A stretch of 32,000 nucleotides of DNA from Nostoc sp. PCC 7120 = FACHB-418 (lineage in GTDB: Bacteria; Cyanobacteriota; Cyanobacteriia; Cyanobacteriales; Nostocaceae). A program made the position numbers and the translations under genes. Below, piece after piece: positions 16,466 to 24,600 of the stretch. The notes beneath the pieces are model-generated. The model saw nothing but the letters and a program-made list of their open reading frames with translations, was not told where the DNA came from and made no database searches. The stretch covers positions 2,580,001 to 2,612,000 of the forward strand of contig NC_003272.1 of the NCBI RefSeq assembly GCF_000009705.1, written 5' to 3'. Each line of letters begins with the position of its first letter. The first letter of the stretch is position 1.

Positions 16466-18724
16466 TTAACTCACTTTAAAGGTACCCACAGTTTTTTGTA
16501 ACTGATGAGAAATTTCTACAGTTTGTTTGAGAGATTGGGCTACTAGGCGGGAGGAATCGCTGCTGCGTTGTGAGACAGAGGCGATATCTTGCATGAGTCT
16601 ATTAACAGTTTGTGATGTCTCTACTTGCGATACAGTAGCGGTGGAAATTGATTGAATTAAAGAGTCGATTTGCCGTGATACATCTAATATTTGACCCAGG
16701 CTTTGTTTGGCTTCTTCCACAATTCTTGTCCCTTCCACTACTTGGGTAGTTCCTACTTCCATCGCCTTGACGACTTCGTTAGTTTCCCGTTGAATGTTCT
16801 CGACAATTTGCTCAATTTCTTGGGTAGCGACTGCACTTCTAGCGGCTAGTTCGCCAATTTCTTCGGCGACTACGCCAAAACCTTCGCCTTCTTCTCCAGC
16901 ACGGGCGGCTTCGATACCTGCGTTGATGGCGAGGAGGTTGGTTTGGGTGGCGATTTGGTTAATGATGGAGACGACGCGGGAAATTTGTTGTGAAGATTCT
17001 CCCAGGCGTTTAACTTTTTTGGCAGTTTCGCCGACGGTGGTGCGTAAGGACAAGATGTTTTGTACTGTCAAGTCCATTGCTTGTCCACTTTTGGTGGCGG
17101 TAAAGGCTGCATGATTAGCTACGGTGGCTGCTTGTTGGGCGCTGTCGGCTACGGCCTGCATGGAATGGGTCATCTTATCAACTGCGTCTAGGGTACGGTT
17201 GATTTCCGTGGCTTGGGTGAGGGCTTCTTCTGCTAGTTGACGGATTGCACCTTCGTTGGAACCGATAGCAGTGTTTAATTGACCAGCTGCTTGTTTGACT
17301 TGGGTGACGATATCGCGGAGGTTTTCGACTATGGAGTTGAAAAAGTCCGCAACTGTACCGATTTCGCCAGCCGTCACGTCTGCACGGACTGTTAAGTCAC
17401 CTTTGGCGACACCTTCAACATTGCTGAGTAGTTCGAGGAGTTGTAATTGTAAAACATCTTGTGGTTGCCATTCTTGGTCAGGGTTGGTGACGACAAATCC
17501 TTTTTGTTTGACCACAATTTGCAGATGTTCGGCGACTTGGTTAATGTTGGTAGCCAATGCGCCTAACTCGTCTTCCCTTTCTACTTCTATACGGCTGGGG
17601 AATTCACCTTGACCGAGTTTTGCTAAGGTGGTGGTCGCGTTGGATAGGGGTTGTATGGTACGGTTAGCTAACCAAGCTGCGATCGCTCCTACTGCACAAG
17701 CTGCAAATACTGTACCCAAAAGAATTGTCCACAATAGCTGTCGTTGTGGTTGGAATAAAGCATCTGCATCGGTGGTCAAGAGAACTTGCCAGTTTAGGTC
17801 TGGTAGTCCCGCTAAGTTTTGCGGTGGTACATAACTAAGTAATACGGGTTTTTTATTAACTTTGGGAGTGGTAAGGAAACTGGCAACTTTTTTACTATCT
17901 AGAGGTGCGGCTAAATCGGGATAATTGGCTTTGGCTTCTTTACCTAATAGTTCTTTTTCTGGGCTGAGGAAAATTATCCCTGAGGTATCGAGTAAATTAT
18001 ATGTATTGCCATTAACAGCATAGTCTTTGATGACCGCTTCTAGAGCTTTGATGGGCATCTTAGCTCTGACCACAGCGATAATTTGATCTGTGGTAATATC
18101 TTTCACTGGTGCAGTTATATCAATACTTGATGGTTCTGATTGTTGAATAATGGGTGCTTCTTTCTGGAGCGTTTCTTGAAAATAACTTTGACCTTTTTGA
18201 TTATATAAACTTTCCCCTGTAGACTGGGCAATCACATCCCCTTGAATATCGAATACAGCAATACTTTCGTAATTTTGATAAATTTCGATAATACTATCTA
18301 ATACTAGTTGTTTTTCTTCTTTACTTGTTCTACTACTAACTTGGGGATTTGCTAAAAATGGTAGGCGGGAAATAAATTGAATATCTGCATAACGTCCCAA
18401 CATGAAGCGGTTAACTGTGTCGGTTAATTTAGTGGCGGTTGTTTGTTGAGCTTGAGACGTTTGTTGGATAATTGATTTATTGAGTAAGTTGTAGGCGATC
18501 GCACCAACGGTTAAAATGGGGAGTGTACCGAGTGCGATCGCTAAAGCTACGGCTTTTGTTTTTAAGCTTAAGCGTTGGTAATAAACTCCTAAATTCTGCT
18601 GATTAACAAGATGACTCAGCTTATTGGAGATTCGTCCAATCCCATTACTGGATTGTTTAGCAGAAATCAATGATGGTTGATTTTGAGCATCATCACTCTT
18701 AGCCATGTCGGTTTTATTAATCAT
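16466..18724 (-). CDS. Methyl-accepting chemotaxis protein (HmpD/PilJ-type): 2 TM segments, ~250-aa periplasmic sensor region, HAMP, MCP signalling domain
   Basis: 752 aa. TM1 is AVALAIALGTLPILTVGAIAY; TM2 is LLWTILLGTVFAACAVGAIAAWLA. HAMP follows (RTIQPLSNATTTLAKLGQGEF...DELGALATNINQ). Highly conserved MCP hairpin: IINQIATQTNLLAINAGIEAARAGEEGEGFGVVAEEIGELA. Confidence 0.9.
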   Translation of the reverse strand: MINKTDMAKSDDAQNQPSLISAKQSSNGIGRISNKLSHLVNQQNLGVYYQRLSLKTKAVALAIALGTLPILTVGAIAYNLLNKSIIQQTSQAQQTTATKLTDTVNRFMLGRYADIQFISRLPFLANPQVSSRTSKEEKQLVLDSIIEIYQNYESIAVFDIQGDVIAQSTGESLYNQKGQSYFQETLQKEAPIIQQSEPSSIDITAPVKDITTDQIIAVVRAKMPIKALEAVIKDYAVNGNTYNLLDTSGIIFLSPEKELLGKEAKANYPDLAAPLDSKKVASFLTTPKVNKKPVLLSYVPPQNLAGLPDLNWQVLLTTDADALFQPQRQLLWTILLGTVFAACAVGAIAAWLANRTIQPLSNATTTLAKLGQGEFPSRIEVEREDELGALATNINQVAEHLQIVVKQKGFVVTNPDQEWQPQDVLQLQLLELLSNVEGVAKGDLTVRADVTAGEIGTVADFFNSIVENLRDIVTQVKQAAGQLNTAIGSNEGAIRQLAEEALTQATEINRTLDAVDKMTHSMQAVADSAQQAATVANHAAFTATKSGQAMDLTVQNILSLRTTVGETAKKVKRLGESSQQISRVVSIINQIATQTNLLAINAGIEAARAGEEGEGFGVVAEEIGELAARSAVATQEIEQIVENIQRETNEVVKAMEVGTTQVVEGTRIVEEAKQSLGQILDVSRQIDSLIQSISTATVSQVETSQTVNRLMQDIASVSQRSSDSSRLVAQSLKQTVEISHQLQKTVGTFKVS

Positions 18725-18766
18725 AATTGCAGTTAGGGAAAATAATTAATGAGAACAGAAAATATT

Positions 18767-19276
18767 TTATTGATACTTTTGATTACCAATAAGTACAGAA
18801 GAATTGACAATTGCTTGAGCATCTAACACAAGGAAATTTTCTTCCTGTTGTGTCACACAACCACGTAGATAAGGAACCAAACTAGATGCCACTTGTCCAA
18901 TAGGTGACCGAATCTCATCAGGCATGAATTTAGTTATGCCTTTAATCTCTTGTACTACTAAACCCAATAATGTTGATTCTACTTTAATCACAATGACACT
19001 ATATTGATGTAACCGGTTTTCCAACGATTCCAAATTGAGCATTTTTGGTAAATCAATTGCCCAAACTATCCGACTGCGCCAATTCATTAAACCTAAGACA
19101 CAAGGTGGCATATTTGGCATAGGTGTAATAGATTCCACAGGAATCAGAACTGCTTCTTGGGTATGGTTCATCGCTAAAATAGCAGCACTTTGCTGATTGA
19201 GGTAAAATTTTAGATAACCATCTCCTGATTTATTTTGAGGTGACAGAGGAGTCATTAAACTTTGTGAGTTATCCAT
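18767..19276 (-). CDS. CheW-like coupling protein (HmpC/PilI-type)
   Basis: 169 aa with single-domain CheW-like architecture (ITPMPNMPPCVLGLMNWRSRIVWAIDLPKML...VIVIKVESTLLGLVVQEIKGI...FLVLDAQAI). It sits inside the chemotaxis-like operon. Confidence 0.8.
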   Translation of the reverse strand: MDNSQSLMTPLSPQNKSGDGYLKFYLNQQSAAILAMNHTQEAVLIPVESITPMPNMPPCVLGLMNWRSRIVWAIDLPKMLNLESLENRLHQYSVIVIKVESTLLGLVVQEIKGITKFMPDEIRSPIGQVASSLVPYLRGCVTQQEENFLVLDAQAIVNSSVLIGNQKYQ

Positions 19277-19280
19277 TGAT

Positions 19281-19658
19281 TTAAATCACTACAGATTTAA
19301 TAGTACGCAGCAGATTTTCGCGGGTATAGGGTTTTGTAATATAGGCATCTGCACCTTGTTTCATTGCCCACAAACGGTCTATTTCTTGGTTTTTAGAACT
19401 GCAAATTACTATCGGGAGTTTTTCTGTAAGTGGATGTTTTTTCAAGGAACGACATAACTCAAATCCACTCATTCCCGGCATGACAACATCAGTGACAATT
19501 ACATCAGGATTTTCTAATAAAGCTTTCTCTATAGCTTCCTTTGCACCAGCCGCCTTAATTACGTCATAACCACTCTCTTGTAAATAATGACTCATCAGTT
19601 CTAATTCACTAGGTGAGTCTTCAACAATCAAAATTTTGCCGACTAAGGTAATACTCAC
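19281..19658 (-). CDS. Single-domain CheY-like response regulator (HmpB/PilH-type)
   Basis: 125 aa REC domain: KILIVEDSPSE, TDVVMPGMSGFEL, VICSSK, ADAYITKPY. Confidence 0.9.
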   Translation of the reverse strand: MSITLVGKILIVEDSPSELELMSHYLQESGYDVIKAAGAKEAIEKALLENPDVIVTDVVMPGMSGFELCRSLKKHPLTEKLPIVICSSKNQEIDRLWAMKQGADAYITKPYTRENLLRTIKSVVI

Positions 19659-19674
19659 TCTTCAATCTCCTGCC

Positions 19675-20718
19675 TTAAGTAATATGTTTAAACACCATTT
19701 TTAATAATTCCGACTGGTCAAAAGGCTTAGTTAAATAGCCTGAAGACCTGACCATTTTTGCTTTAGCCCTATCAACAAATCCTGTTCTACCAGTCACCAT
19801 AATAATAGGCGTATTTTTAAAGGCTGAATGTCTCCGTAATAGGGAACATAATTCATATCCGTCTAAATTGGGCATTGTCACATCGAGTAAAATTAAGTCT
19901 GGTTTACTCCGCAGAACTTGCATTAAAGCTTTCACAGGATCATTAATAGTCACCACTGTAAATACATTCTCATCTAGAAAACTTCTGATGGAATTTAAGA
20001 CTGTCTGACTATCATCAATACAAGCAATAGTATATAAAGTTTTTCTAACTAGCGATGGAGGATTAATTGGCTGAGAGTTTACGCTATTCTCAGGATGATT
20101 TTGGTTTGATGATGGGGATGAGGCGGGTCTAGTTGATGGCAAAACTTGCGAACCACCACCCGTATTCACAGATGGTGGTGTAGGTTGGCGTTGTCGTAAT
20201 TGTTTTTGGCAATATTCAACTAATAAACGCAAATCTAAATAACAGAATTTTGGCATTTCTTCCCAAAGAATGTCAGGGAAAAACTCATAGCTTCCCTGTT
20301 TGATGACTAAAAATGTCTCTATTACTTCCTTTGCTAGTTCTTCTATCAAGATGGCGGCTTGTTTGGGGTTAATATGGTTCTGATTTACAAGCCAACAAAT
20401 CGCCTGATAATCTGCATATAACATGGATTGATCTTCACCCTTGGGTTCAAACATCAACCGCATTTGTACACGGGTAGCGCTGTTCAGAGTAGGTATTTTT
20501 TGACTTAAGCGCCGCAGTTGATTATCAAAACGCTCAAATAATTTATCTGAGTAGGAAGCGTAAGTAAGTTTACCTGCTTCTAAATTAATTGTCCAAGATG
20601 TGGTGTCTGTAAATACGCGTAAGCAGCCTGTAGCATGACGACTGGTGAGTTGAGCTAAGAGGGATAGGGGATGTAGTTTATGATTTAACCTGTAGTTATT
20701 TATAGGAGTTGTACTCAT
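19675..20718 (-). CDS. PatA-subfamily response regulator (N-terminal PATAN domain + C-terminal REC; HmpA/PilG-type)
   Basis: 347 aa. N-terminus LLAQLTSRHATGCLRVFTDTTSWTINLEAGKLTYASYSD (PATAN-like). A P/S-rich linker follows. C-terminal REC: IACIDDSQTV...LLDVTMPNLDGYELC...IIMVTGR...GYLTKPF. Confidence 0.85.
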   Translation of the reverse strand: MSTTPINNYRLNHKLHPLSLLAQLTSRHATGCLRVFTDTTSWTINLEAGKLTYASYSDKLFERFDNQLRRLSQKIPTLNSATRVQMRLMFEPKGEDQSMLYADYQAICWLVNQNHINPKQAAILIEELAKEVIETFLVIKQGSYEFFPDILWEEMPKFCYLDLRLLVEYCQKQLRQRQPTPPSVNTGGGSQVLPSTRPASSPSSNQNHPENSVNSQPINPPSLVRKTLYTIACIDDSQTVLNSIRSFLDENVFTVVTINDPVKALMQVLRSKPDLILLDVTMPNLDGYELCSLLRRHSAFKNTPIIMVTGRTGFVDRAKAKMVRSSGYLTKPFDQSELLKMVFKHIT

Positions 20719-21244
20719 TTTGCTTTTACTTTAGATAAATTCCATAGGTGTCAACTTAGTTGATGGGGAAGCTTCGCCACAAGTCCTATCATGAATTGAT
20801 TAACTAAGTAGGTGATAAAAAATACGAGAGTTATTGAAAAGGATTTGTCATAAACTACTTATACAGAATATGTTTTACGATAATTTAATCCCTAATTAGG
20901 TGTAAAATTTAGTAAATTCATTAACTCTAATACATAGAGGAATACGACTTGTGGAAGGTCTCATCAACAAAAGTTAAATACCAAAAATTTATATTCCTCT
21001 GAGTAACTTTTAATTCATAAAAGCTAAATTAGCACTGTTAATTTAACAGAATTTAACTAAAGTCTTATCAGTATTTTCACTTAAAAAATTTTTGTTAACT
21101 GAATCTAGTCTCATTTTGCTGCTTGATTCAGTATGGCTACGCAACCCTTCAACAATTCAGCCATGACAATTACCTCGACTGCTACTAGTGTAATTGTCTA
21201 TATAGTTCCCAACTTTTGACAAAATATTTATGAAGTTTGAGGAA

Positions 21245-21305
21245 TCTGGTAATGGCTAATGGGTAATAGGTAATTGGACTATTACCCATTACCAATGACC
21301 AAATT
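21245..21305. repeat. STRR-like heptanucleotide repeats with internal inverted symmetry, downstream of proA
   Basis: TGGTAAT GGCTAAT GGGTAAT AGGTAAT TGGACTA TTACCCA TTACCAA TGACCAA. The two halves are roughly reverse-complementary (GGGTAAT / ATTACCC). Confidence 0.8.
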
Positions 21306-21309
21306 TCTC

Positions 21310-21330
21310 ATCCCCTTGGAGGCGGGGGAT
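21310..21330 (-). terminator. Possible weak terminator hairpin immediately after proA
   Basis: Stem ATCCCC (21310..21315) / GGGGAT (21325..21330) with a 9-nt loop, 8 nt after the proA stop. The U-tract on the minus strand is poor (GAGAAAUUU). Confidence 0.3.
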
Positions 21331-21337
21331 TTTCATC

Positions 21338-22654
21338 CTAGAAATCCTTGTGAGTAAAAGGTTTGGCATTTTCCCCTGTGTAAGTGGCGACAATATGTCC
21401 TGCACCTGTCATCTGATATTTATATGTCACCAGTCCTTCTAAACCCACGGGGCCACGGGGGGGCATTTGTTGAGTGCTAATACCTACTTCTGCGCCAAAG
21501 CCATAGCGGAAACCGTCGGCGAAGCGAGTAGAACAGTTGTGAAAGACTCCGGCTGAATTAACTAAGCCAAAGAAGGTTTTAACGGCTGCCACATCTTCGG
21601 TAATAATGGCATCGGTATGACGAGAACCATATTGATTGATATGAGCGATCGCCTCGGTTAATGAGTCTACAATCTTAATGGACAAGATAAAATCGCTGTA
21701 TTCTGTTTCCCAATCTATGGCTGTGGCGGCCGCAATCTCAGGTAATATCTGCAAAGTCCGTTCATCCCCTTTCAATTCCACCTCACGTTCAGCTAAGGCT
21801 TGGGCTACTTTTGGTAAAAATTCCGCCGCAATTGATTGGTGGACAAGTAAGGTTTCAATGGCGTTACAAGCAGCCGGATACTGCACCTTTGCATCGACGC
21901 TCACAGCAATTGCTTTCTCTATATCTGCGGACTTATCTATATATACATGGCAAATGCCATCGGCGTGACCAAGTACAGGAATACGAGTATTTTCCTGAAC
22001 AAACCGCACAAAAGAGTTAGAACCTCTGGGAATAATTAAATCTACATATTTATCTAGGCGTAAAAGTTCTAAGGTTTCTTCTCTGGTGGTGAGTAACTGT
22101 ACTACCTCAGGATTGACATCTGTGGTTGATAATCCCTGTTTCACAGCCTTTACTATGGCTTCGCAAGAACGTACAGCTTCCTTCCCACATTTGAGAATCA
22201 CGCCATTACCCGACTTGATAGCTAAGGAGATAATTTGAATGGCTGCTTCTGGACGGGCTTCAAAAATAATCCCCAACACTCCCAACGGGCAAGTTATCCG
22301 CTTGAGAACTAAACCTGTATCTAGTTCACGCTGAATTTGTACTTGTCCGATAGGATCTGCTAGTTTACCAACATCCCGCACCCCAGCGATCGCATCTCTT
22401 AATTTATGTTCATCCAACTGCAACCGCTTGTATAATGGCTTGGCTATCCCTTCAGCCGTAGCCGCTTCACAATCATCAATATTTGCCTGTAAAATTTCCT
22501 CCTTTGCAGATTCTAAGGCTTGAGCGACAGCAGCGATCGCTTGATTTTTCGCCTCGGTAGACAGCATCGCCAATAAACTTGCAGCTTGGCGAGTTTGTTG
22601 AGCGATGTCATTCAAGGAAGAAGCAACTTGGAGAGTAGTCATATTATTAGTCAT
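21338..22654 (-). CDS. proA: Gamma-glutamyl phosphate reductase (glutamate-5-semialdehyde dehydrogenase)
   Basis: 438 aa. It has ProA-type length and motifs ([33 protein letters not shown] with catalytic Cys, [32 protein letters not shown]). Confidence 0.9.
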
Positions 22655-22712
22655 AGTATTAGTTATTAGTTATTAGTCCATAGTCATTAGTCCATAGTCA
22701 ACAGCCAACTAC
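22655..22712. repeat. STRR-like heptanucleotide repeats immediately upstream of proA
   Basis: AGTATTA GTTATTA GTTATTA GTCCATA GTCATTA GTCCATA GTCAACA GCCAACT: eight 7-bp units that start right after the proA start codon. Confidence 0.85.
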
Positions 22713-22879
22713 TATAGATAATATGCAACTGCTGCATTGGTTGAGCCAATTTCCCCCATCATTTACTGGCAAAAATCTGATAAGGTATCAGCTGCAAATC
22801 AATTTAAATTGCTTTAATGCCAACTATATCGGGTTTTTATTCTTATTGACCAAAAGAATGGGATACAAGCCCCGTCGTT

Positions 22880-23278
22880 CTAGGACGGCTTTTCTTGATT
22901 TCTGATGTACTCTTTTAGGATCTCTAATGGCGCACCTCCTACGGACACAGCGAAATAACTGGGACTCCACAAGGCTTCTTTGTGGGGTTTCTTGTATCCG
23001 GCTTGTCCATACCTGCGACTAGAGACACCTTTTAAAGCATTAACAATTTGAGAGATGGATAACTTGGGGGGATATTCAATAAGCGCGTGAACATGGTTGT
23101 CTTCACCGTTAAATTCAATTACTTGAAAATCCATTTTATTAGCTACCTCTCTAAACGTTTTTTCAATTAGTTCAATACTTTCCTTTGTGAATACAGACTT
23201 ACGATACTTGGTAACACAGACCAAATGAATTTTTAAGTCCGTAACAGAGTGTCTTTCCCTGCGAAACTGGCTTGTCAC
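22880..23278 (-). CDS. tnpA: IS200/IS605-family Y1 (HuH) transposase TnpA
   Basis: HuH and Tyr motifs: HLVCVTKYRK, NHVHALIEYPPKLSISQIVNALKGVSSR, LWSPSYFAVSVGGAPLEILKEYI. The track ORF extends to 23383. GTG at 23278 (VTSQFRRERHSV...) gives the usual ~132-aa length, so the start is uncertain. Confidence 0.85.
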   Translation of the reverse strand: MTSQFRRERHSVTDLKIHLVCVTKYRKSVFTKESIELIEKTFREVANKMDFQVIEFNGEDNHVHALIEYPPKLSISQIVNALKGVSSRRYGQAGYKKPHKEALWSPSYFAVSVGGAPLEILKEYIRNQEKPS

Positions 23279-23382
23279 TTCTTGTAGACCCTTCGGGTGA
23301 GCAGTCGCTACAAGTCGGGGAACCCGCCCAACGCGCTGCTCACCAATGTATAATACTTCTACAGACCAATTATACATTATCA

Positions 23383-24570
23383 ATGAAAGCCAGATATCAA
23401 TTCCGGTTCTACCCGACAGACCAACAAAAGCAACTGTTAGCGCAGTTGTTTGGTTGCGTTCGCGTAGTCTGGAATGATGCTCTGGCTGTTTGCAAACAGT
23501 CCGAAAAGCTTCCTAGTAACAACGACTTGCAAAAGCTGGTGATTACGCAAGCTAAAAAGACTGATGAGCGTTCATGGTTATCTGATGTTTCTAATATCCC
23601 TTTACAACAATCTGTTGCTGATTTAGGAGTTGCTTACAAAAACTTTTTTGATTCACTCAAGGGTAAACGCAAAGGCAAAAAAGTAGGCACACCCAAGTTT
23701 AAGAAGAAGACAAGTAAACAATCAGCCAGATTTAGAATTGGTGGTTTTTCGATTAAAGGAGATGAAGTCTACCTAGCTAAAATTGGCAACGTCAAGCCTC
23801 TAAAGTCAAGACAATTACCATCTGCACCAAGTAGTGTAACAGTCATTAAAGACTGTGCTAATCGTTATTTTCTTAGCTTTGTCGTAGAAGTAGAGCCTAT
23901 TCAATCTGAAGCTAAAAACCAAAGCATTGGTATTGATTTAGGAATCAAAACTTTTGCGGTTATGAGTAATGGAGAAAAAGCAATCAGTCCCGATTACTCA
24001 AAGAAAGACCGCAAAATTCGCAAACTGCAACGCAAGATAGCAAGACAACAGAAGGGGTCTAAGCGTCGTGAACGAACCCGCTTAAGAATCGCCAAGCAAC
24101 ACAACAAAATTGCGGATACCCGAAAAGACTTCCTTCACAAACTTTCAACCAAAGTAGTTAGTGAAAACCAAGCTATTGTTTTGGAAGATTTGAATGTGTC
24201 AGGAATGGTCAAGAATCGTAAGTTAGCAAGAATAATTAGCTTGCAGGGATGGAGAGAGTTTCGGGTATTTTGTGAGAGTAAATCTGAAAAACTTAATCGG
24301 GATTTCAGGGTCATTAGTAGATGGGAACCTACTAGCCAAACTTGTTCTTGTTGTGGGTATAGGTGGGGCAAGATTGATTTATCTGTGCGCTCAGTGTTGT
24401 GCTTAAACTGCAATACTGAACACGACAGAGATGAGAACGCATCCCAAAATATAAAAATGGTCGGCATGGGGCATCGGCACGACCTTAAACGGGCGCAGAG
24501 GACAGGTAAGACTGGTTCGCCAGCACAGTCCGGTGAAGCGTCAAGAATCACCGCACCTTTAGGTCGGTGA
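23383..24570 (+). CDS. tnpB: TnpB (OrfB) RuvC-like RNA-guided endonuclease of IS200/IS605
   Basis: Start at MKARYQFRFYPTDQQKQLLAQLFGCVRVVWNDAL (ATG 23383). RuvC residues lie in IGIDLGIK, IVLEDLNVSGM and HDRDENAS. Zinc finger: CSCCGY...CLNCNTEH. 395 aa with no frameshifts. Confidence 0.9.
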   Translation: MKARYQFRFYPTDQQKQLLAQLFGCVRVVWNDALAVCKQSEKLPSNNDLQKLVITQAKKTDERSWLSDVSNIPLQQSVADLGVAYKNFFDSLKGKRKGKKVGTPKFKKKTSKQSARFRIGGFSIKGDEVYLAKIGNVKPLKSRQLPSAPSSVTVIKDCANRYFLSFVVEVEPIQSEAKNQSIGIDLGIKTFAVMSNGEKAISPDYSKKDRKIRKLQRKIARQQKGSKRRERTRLRIAKQHNKIADTRKDFLHKLSTKVVSENQAIVLEDLNVSGMVKNRKLARIISLQGWREFRVFCESKSEKLNRDFRVISRWEPTSQTCSCCGYRWGKIDLSVRSVLCLNCNTEHDRDENASQNIKMVGMGHRHDLKRAQRTGKTGSPAQSGEASRITAPLGR

Positions 24571-24600
24571 GTATGTCAAAATTCTAGCGACCCTCTGGGT
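24400..24600 (+). ncRNA. Candidate omega-RNA (TnpB guide RNA) overlapping the 3' end of tnpB, with ~16-20 nt of flanking sequence as guide
   Basis: By analogy with characterised TnpB systems, the RNA scaffold spans the tnpB 3' end/RE and the guide begins just past the RE cleavage site. Here the RE hairpin is at 24549..24569, the TCAA end at 24579, and the flank reads AATTCTAGCGACCCTCTGGG. The 5' end was not determined. Confidence 0.35.

Larger units (their letters stand above)
22851..24579 (+). mobile_element. IS200/IS605-family insertion sequence (IS605-type: divergent tnpA and tnpB), apparently intact, ~1.73 kb
   Basis: Homologous 17-nt subterminal hairpins lie on the same strand. LE is CCGTCGTTCTAGGACGG (22872..22888) and RE is CCGCACCTTTAGGTCGG (24551..24567), identical at 11/17 positions and of equal length. 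RE is followed by TCAA ending exactly 10 nt after the hairpin foot (24576..24579), as in IS608. TTGAC (22846..22850) precedes the proposed left end. The exact ends are inferred. Confidence 0.65.

Noticed and set aside
14229-17834. Plus-strand ORFs antisense to CheA and MCP (14229..14693, 15943..16164, 16794..17114, 17295..17612, 17628..17834)
   Set aside because: Long antisense ORFs are expected opposite Ala/Gln/Thr-rich MCP and kinase coding sequence. They are Ser/Ala/Pro/Arg-rich and have no domains.
20719-21337. Search for small ORFs or SigJ-type promoter motifs in the long leader of the chemotaxis-like operon
   Set aside because: Only a 24-codon ORF (around 21133) was seen, and I could not find a convincing match to any promoter consensus that I can recall reliably. 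It is left as an unexplained long leader.
21678-22020. ORFs 21678..21968 and 21811..22020 (+)
   Set aside because: They are antisense to proA, which has unambiguous family motifs.
22723-22905. 60-aa plus-strand ORF crossing the IS left end
   Set aside because: It spans the proposed IS605 left boundary and the tnpA 3' end. It shows no coding signature.
23272-23383. Extended N-termini of tnpA (to 23383) and tnpB (from 23272) given by the ORF track, implying a 112-nt head-to-head overlap
   Set aside because: The conserved family sequence begins at VTSQFRRERHS (GTG 23278) for TnpA and MKARYQFRFYPT (ATG 23383) for TnpB. The overlapping extensions run through a GC-rich structured spacer and are probably untranslated. 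The tnpA start remains uncertain.
24135-24551. 138-aa minus-strand ORF
   Set aside because: It is antisense to the 3' half of tnpB, with no motifs.
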